From Myxococcales bacterium (GTDB lineage Bacteria > Myxococcota_A > UBA9042 > JABWCM01 > BTVJ01): 37,168 nt of DNA. The notes beneath the pieces are model-generated. The model was not told the origin of the DNA and did no database searches. It worked only from the letters and a program-made list of their open reading frames with translations. The position numbers were made by a program, and so were the translations under genes. Positions within the stretch are counted from its first letter, which is position 1. Every line of letters starts with the position of its first letter. The stretch spans positions 1 through 37,168 of the forward strand of contig BTVJ01000069.1 of NCBI GenBank assembly GCA_045863395.1, in the 5' to 3' direction. Shown piece by piece: positions 34,593 through 37,168 of the stretch.

Positions 34593-37166
34593 TCAAGGCC
34601 CGCAGACACCGGGGACGTGGACGCAGGCCACGGACAGGCAGACGTCGTCGGTGCACGGGTCGCCGTCGTCGCAGGGGTCCTCGTCGCCACAGCCCGCGCA
34701 GGTGCCCACGGAGATGGCGCAGGACCCGGCGACGCAGGTGTCCACCGTGCACGGGACGCCGTCGTCGCAGTCCCCGTCCAGGGTGCAGGGCGCCTCGCAG
34801 GGTCCGGGCGCTGGGATCGTGACGCAGGCGCCCGCGATGCACGCACCGACCTGGCACGGGGCGCCCGTGGGGCACACGACGGGCGCCTTGGCGCACGCGC
34901 CGCCCACGCACCCGTTCGCCGTACACGGGTCCCCGTCGTCACAGTCGGCGTGGACGGCGCAGGCCGGGCAGTCGTCCTCGAGGGAGTGCTCGCACGCGCC
35001 GCTCGTGCACCGGTCCTCGGTGCAGAGGTCGCCGTCGTCGCAGCCGAGGTCGTCCGTGCAGCCGAGGCACCCCGGGACCGCCAGGTGGAGGCACCCGAGG
35101 ACCTCATCGCAGGCGTCCGTGGTGCATGGATCGCCGTCGTTGCAGGCCGCAGGGGCCCACACGCACGTGCTGCTTGCGCAGGCGGCGCTCGTGCAGGCGT
35201 CGCCGTCGTCGCAGTCCAGCGTGGTCGCGCAGCCAGCGCACGCGGGCTGCGCCGTGTTGACGCACCCGCCCGGGTCGCAGGAGTCGACGGTGCACGGATC
35301 CCCGTCGCCACACGCCCAGGCGCTGGCGCACGCGCCATCCGTGGGGTCGCAGGTGTCTGCGGTGCAAGGGTCTGCGTCGTCACAGGGGGCCGGCGCGTGG
35401 GCGCAGCCCTGATCGCAGGCGTCGAGTGTGCACGGGTCGCCGTCGTCGCAGGCCAGCGGTGGGTGGGCACACCCGACGCCCGGGACGCACAGGTCCTCGG
35501 TGCACGGATCCCCGTCGGCGCAGCCGCTCGCGAATTCGCACACCAGCTTCACCGGGTCGCAGGCGTCTGCGGTGCAGGGGTCGCCGTCGTCGCAGGCCGC
35601 GTCGCTCGCGCAGAGGTGGCACGGCGCGAACGGGGTGGTGACACACAGCCCCGTGGCCGGGTCGCAGGCGTCGGCGGTGCATGGGTCTCCGTCGTCGCAG
35701 GCTACGCCGTCGTAGATGCAGCCTGCGCCCGCATCGCAGCCGTCCTGGGTGCAGGGGTTGCCGTCCTCGCAGTCGGCGGAGGTGATCGCACAGGCTCCCG
35801 ACGCGTCGCAGCCCGACACGGAGCACGCGTCGCCCGGGGCGGGGCAGTCGACGACGTGCACGCAGCCCACGCCCGGAGCGCAGGAGTCCGCGGTGCAGGG
35901 GGCGCCGTCATCACACGCTGCGGGCTCATGGGTGCACCCGGTGCCAGGAGCACAAGCGTCGTCCGTACACGGGTCGCCGTCGTTGCAGGGTGCCGGCGTG
36001 TGCGAGCAGCCCGCGGGCGCGCAGGCGTCGATGGTGCATGCGTCCCCGTCGTCGCAGGTCTCGGGGAGGTGCGAGCACCCCTCGCCGCACAGGTCCTGCG
36101 TGCACGGGTCGCCATCGTCACAGGCTGGCGCTGTGGTGCACCCCGAGCCGGGAGCGCACCCGTCCGCGGTGCACGGGTCGCCGTCGTCGCAGTCCGCGGG
36201 CGCGTGTGTGCAACCCGCAGTGCAGGCATCGGCGGTGCACGGGTCGCCGTCGTCGCAGCCGAGCGGCACGCTCTGGCAGACGCCGGCCGCGCAGGCGTCG
36301 GTGGTGCATGCGTCCCCGTCGTCGCAGTCCGCCGCCTGGTCGCAGACCGCGCAGGGCTCCTCGGGCACGTGGGAGCACGCTCCCGTGGCGGGATCGCACC
36401 CGTCCAGCGTGCAGGGGTCCCCGTCGTCGCAGCCGGTCGCGCTCGCGGTGCAGGTCCCCACTCCGCCCATGGGCGCGCAGGCGTCCACGGTGCACGGGTC
36501 GCCGTCATCGCAAGGCAGCGGGGGGTAGGTGCAGGCGCCCGTGGCTGGGTCGCATGCATCGACGGTACACGGGTTCAGATCGGAGCAGCCGACCGGTTCG
36601 AACTGGCACCCTTGCGGGCCGCAGGAGCCCAGGGTGCAGAGGTCGCCGTCGTCGCAGGCAAGGGGCGCGTGGGAGCAGCCGCCCTCGCAGGTGTCCACGG
36701 TGCATGGGTCGCCGTCGTCGCACGCGGCCGCGTGGAGGCAGCCCCCGTCACAGGAGTCTGCGGTGCACGGGTCGCCGTCATCGCACGAGACCGGCGTGTG
36801 CGTGCAGCCCCCGTCGCACGCATCCTCCGTGCAGGGGTCCCCATCGTCGCAGCTCGCGGGTCCGTGCAGGCACGCACCGCCGTTGCACGCATCGTCCGTG
36901 CAGGGGTCCCCGTCGGCGCACGGGACCGGAGCCTGGTAGCACCCCTGCGGGCCGCAGCTCCCGACGGTGCACGGATCCCCGTCGTCGCAGTCTGGCGGGG
37001 ACGTCGAGCACACGCCCCCGTCGCAAGAGTCCACGGTGCATGGGTCTCCGTCGTCGCAGGCAGGCGTGGTCACGCACCCCTGGGCGGGGGCGCAAGAGTC
37101 CACGGTGCAAGGATCGCCGTCGTCGCAGGCGAGCGGCGCGTTGACGCAGCCGTCGTCGCAGGAGTC
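34593..37166 (-). CDS. Cys-rich Dictyostelium-type repeat protein; 5' partial
   Basis: Frame is open to the right edge. Continuous CDDGDPCTxDxC repeats (~21-25 aa) up to the stop at 34593. Confidence 0.85.
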   Translation of the reverse strand, partial: DSCDDGCVNAPLACDDGDPCTVDSCAPAQGCVTTPACDDGDPCTVDSCDGGVCSTSPPDCDDGDPCTVGSCGPQGCYQAPVPCADGDPCTDDACNGGACLHGPASCDDGDPCTEDACDGGCTHTPVSCDDGDPCTADSCDGGCLHAAACDDGDPCTVDTCEGGCSHAPLACDDGDLCTLGSCGPQGCQFEPVGCSDLNPCTVDACDPATGACTYPPLPCDDGDPCTVDACAPMGGVGTCTASATGCDDGDPCTLDGCDPATGACSHVPEEPCAVCDQAADCDDGDACTTDACAAGVCQSVPLGCDDGDPCTADACTAGCTHAPADCDDGDPCTADGCAPGSGCTTAPACDDGDPCTQDLCGEGCSHLPETCDDGDACTIDACAPAGCSHTPAPCNDGDPCTDDACAPGTGCTHEPAACDDGAPCTADSCAPGVGCVHVVDCPAPGDACSVSGCDASGACAITSADCEDGNPCTQDGCDAGAGCIYDGVACDDGDPCTADACDPATGLCVTTPFAPCHLCASDAACDDGDPCTADACDPVKLVCEFASGCADGDPCTEDLCVPGVGCAHPPLACDDGDPCTLDACDQGCAHAPAPCDDADPCTADTCDPTDGACASAWACGDGDPCTVDSCDPGGCVNTAQPACAGCATTLDCDDGDACTSAACASSTCVWAPAACNDGDPCTTDACDEVLGCLHLAVPGCLGCTDDLGCDDGDLCTEDRCTSGACEHSLEDDCPACAVHADCDDGDPCTANGCVGGACAKAPVVCPTGAPCQVGACIAGACVTIPAPGPCEAPCTLDGDCDDGVPCTVDTCVAGSCAISVGTCAGCGDEDPCDDGDPCTDDVCLSVACVHVPGVCGP

Positions 37167-37168
37167 GT

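Noticed and set aside
34535..35470. Upstream extension of the BNR ORF, suggesting a frameshift fusion to the Cys-repeat protein
   Set aside because: The BNR gene has its own AAGGAG RBS and a family-typical start at 34534, and the repeat gene ends cleanly at 34593.
34593..37168. Regularly spaced ~23-nt repeats (GTGCACGGGTCGCCGTCGTCGCA) resembling a CRISPR array; likewise at 27090-33055
   Set aside because: They are in-frame codons for CDDGDPCT, vary at third positions, have 'spacers' encoding conserved Cys, and no cas genes are present.

Overview
Very GC-rich bacterial chromosomal window. The lipoproteins with acidic Asp/Gly/Ala/Pro linkers and the Cys-rich repeat proteins suggest Myxococcota or a related deltaproteobacterial lineage (inference). 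About 19 CDS. The left half is metabolic and proteolytic: the tail of a Cys-rich repeat/DNRLRE-type protein, an alkyltransferase-like protein, an LWPPNHK/HYR-like lipoprotein, an S9 peptidase plus a metzincin lipoprotein, a pdxR-pdxS-pdxT vitamin B6 cassette, ppk1 with a Pho-box-like upstream element, a prolyl oligopeptidase lipoprotein, a YdiJ-like FAD/Fe-S oxidoreductase, an esterase lipoprotein and a retinol-saturase-like oxidoreductase. The right half (20.3-37.2 kb) is an unusual cell-surface region: an orphan FliD/flagellin-hook-IN protein, a 1439-aa Sec-exported phage-tail-fibre-like protein resembling Bdellovibrio MAT adhesins, and a 2116-aa lipoprotein made almost entirely of Dictyostelium-type 4-Cys repeats. 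Converging on these are a second giant Cys-repeat protein and a translationally coupled BNR beta-propeller/ubiquitin-like (MoaD/ThiS) pair. I saw no rRNA, tRNA, CRISPR array or mobile element. All family assignments come from motif recognition, not database searches.
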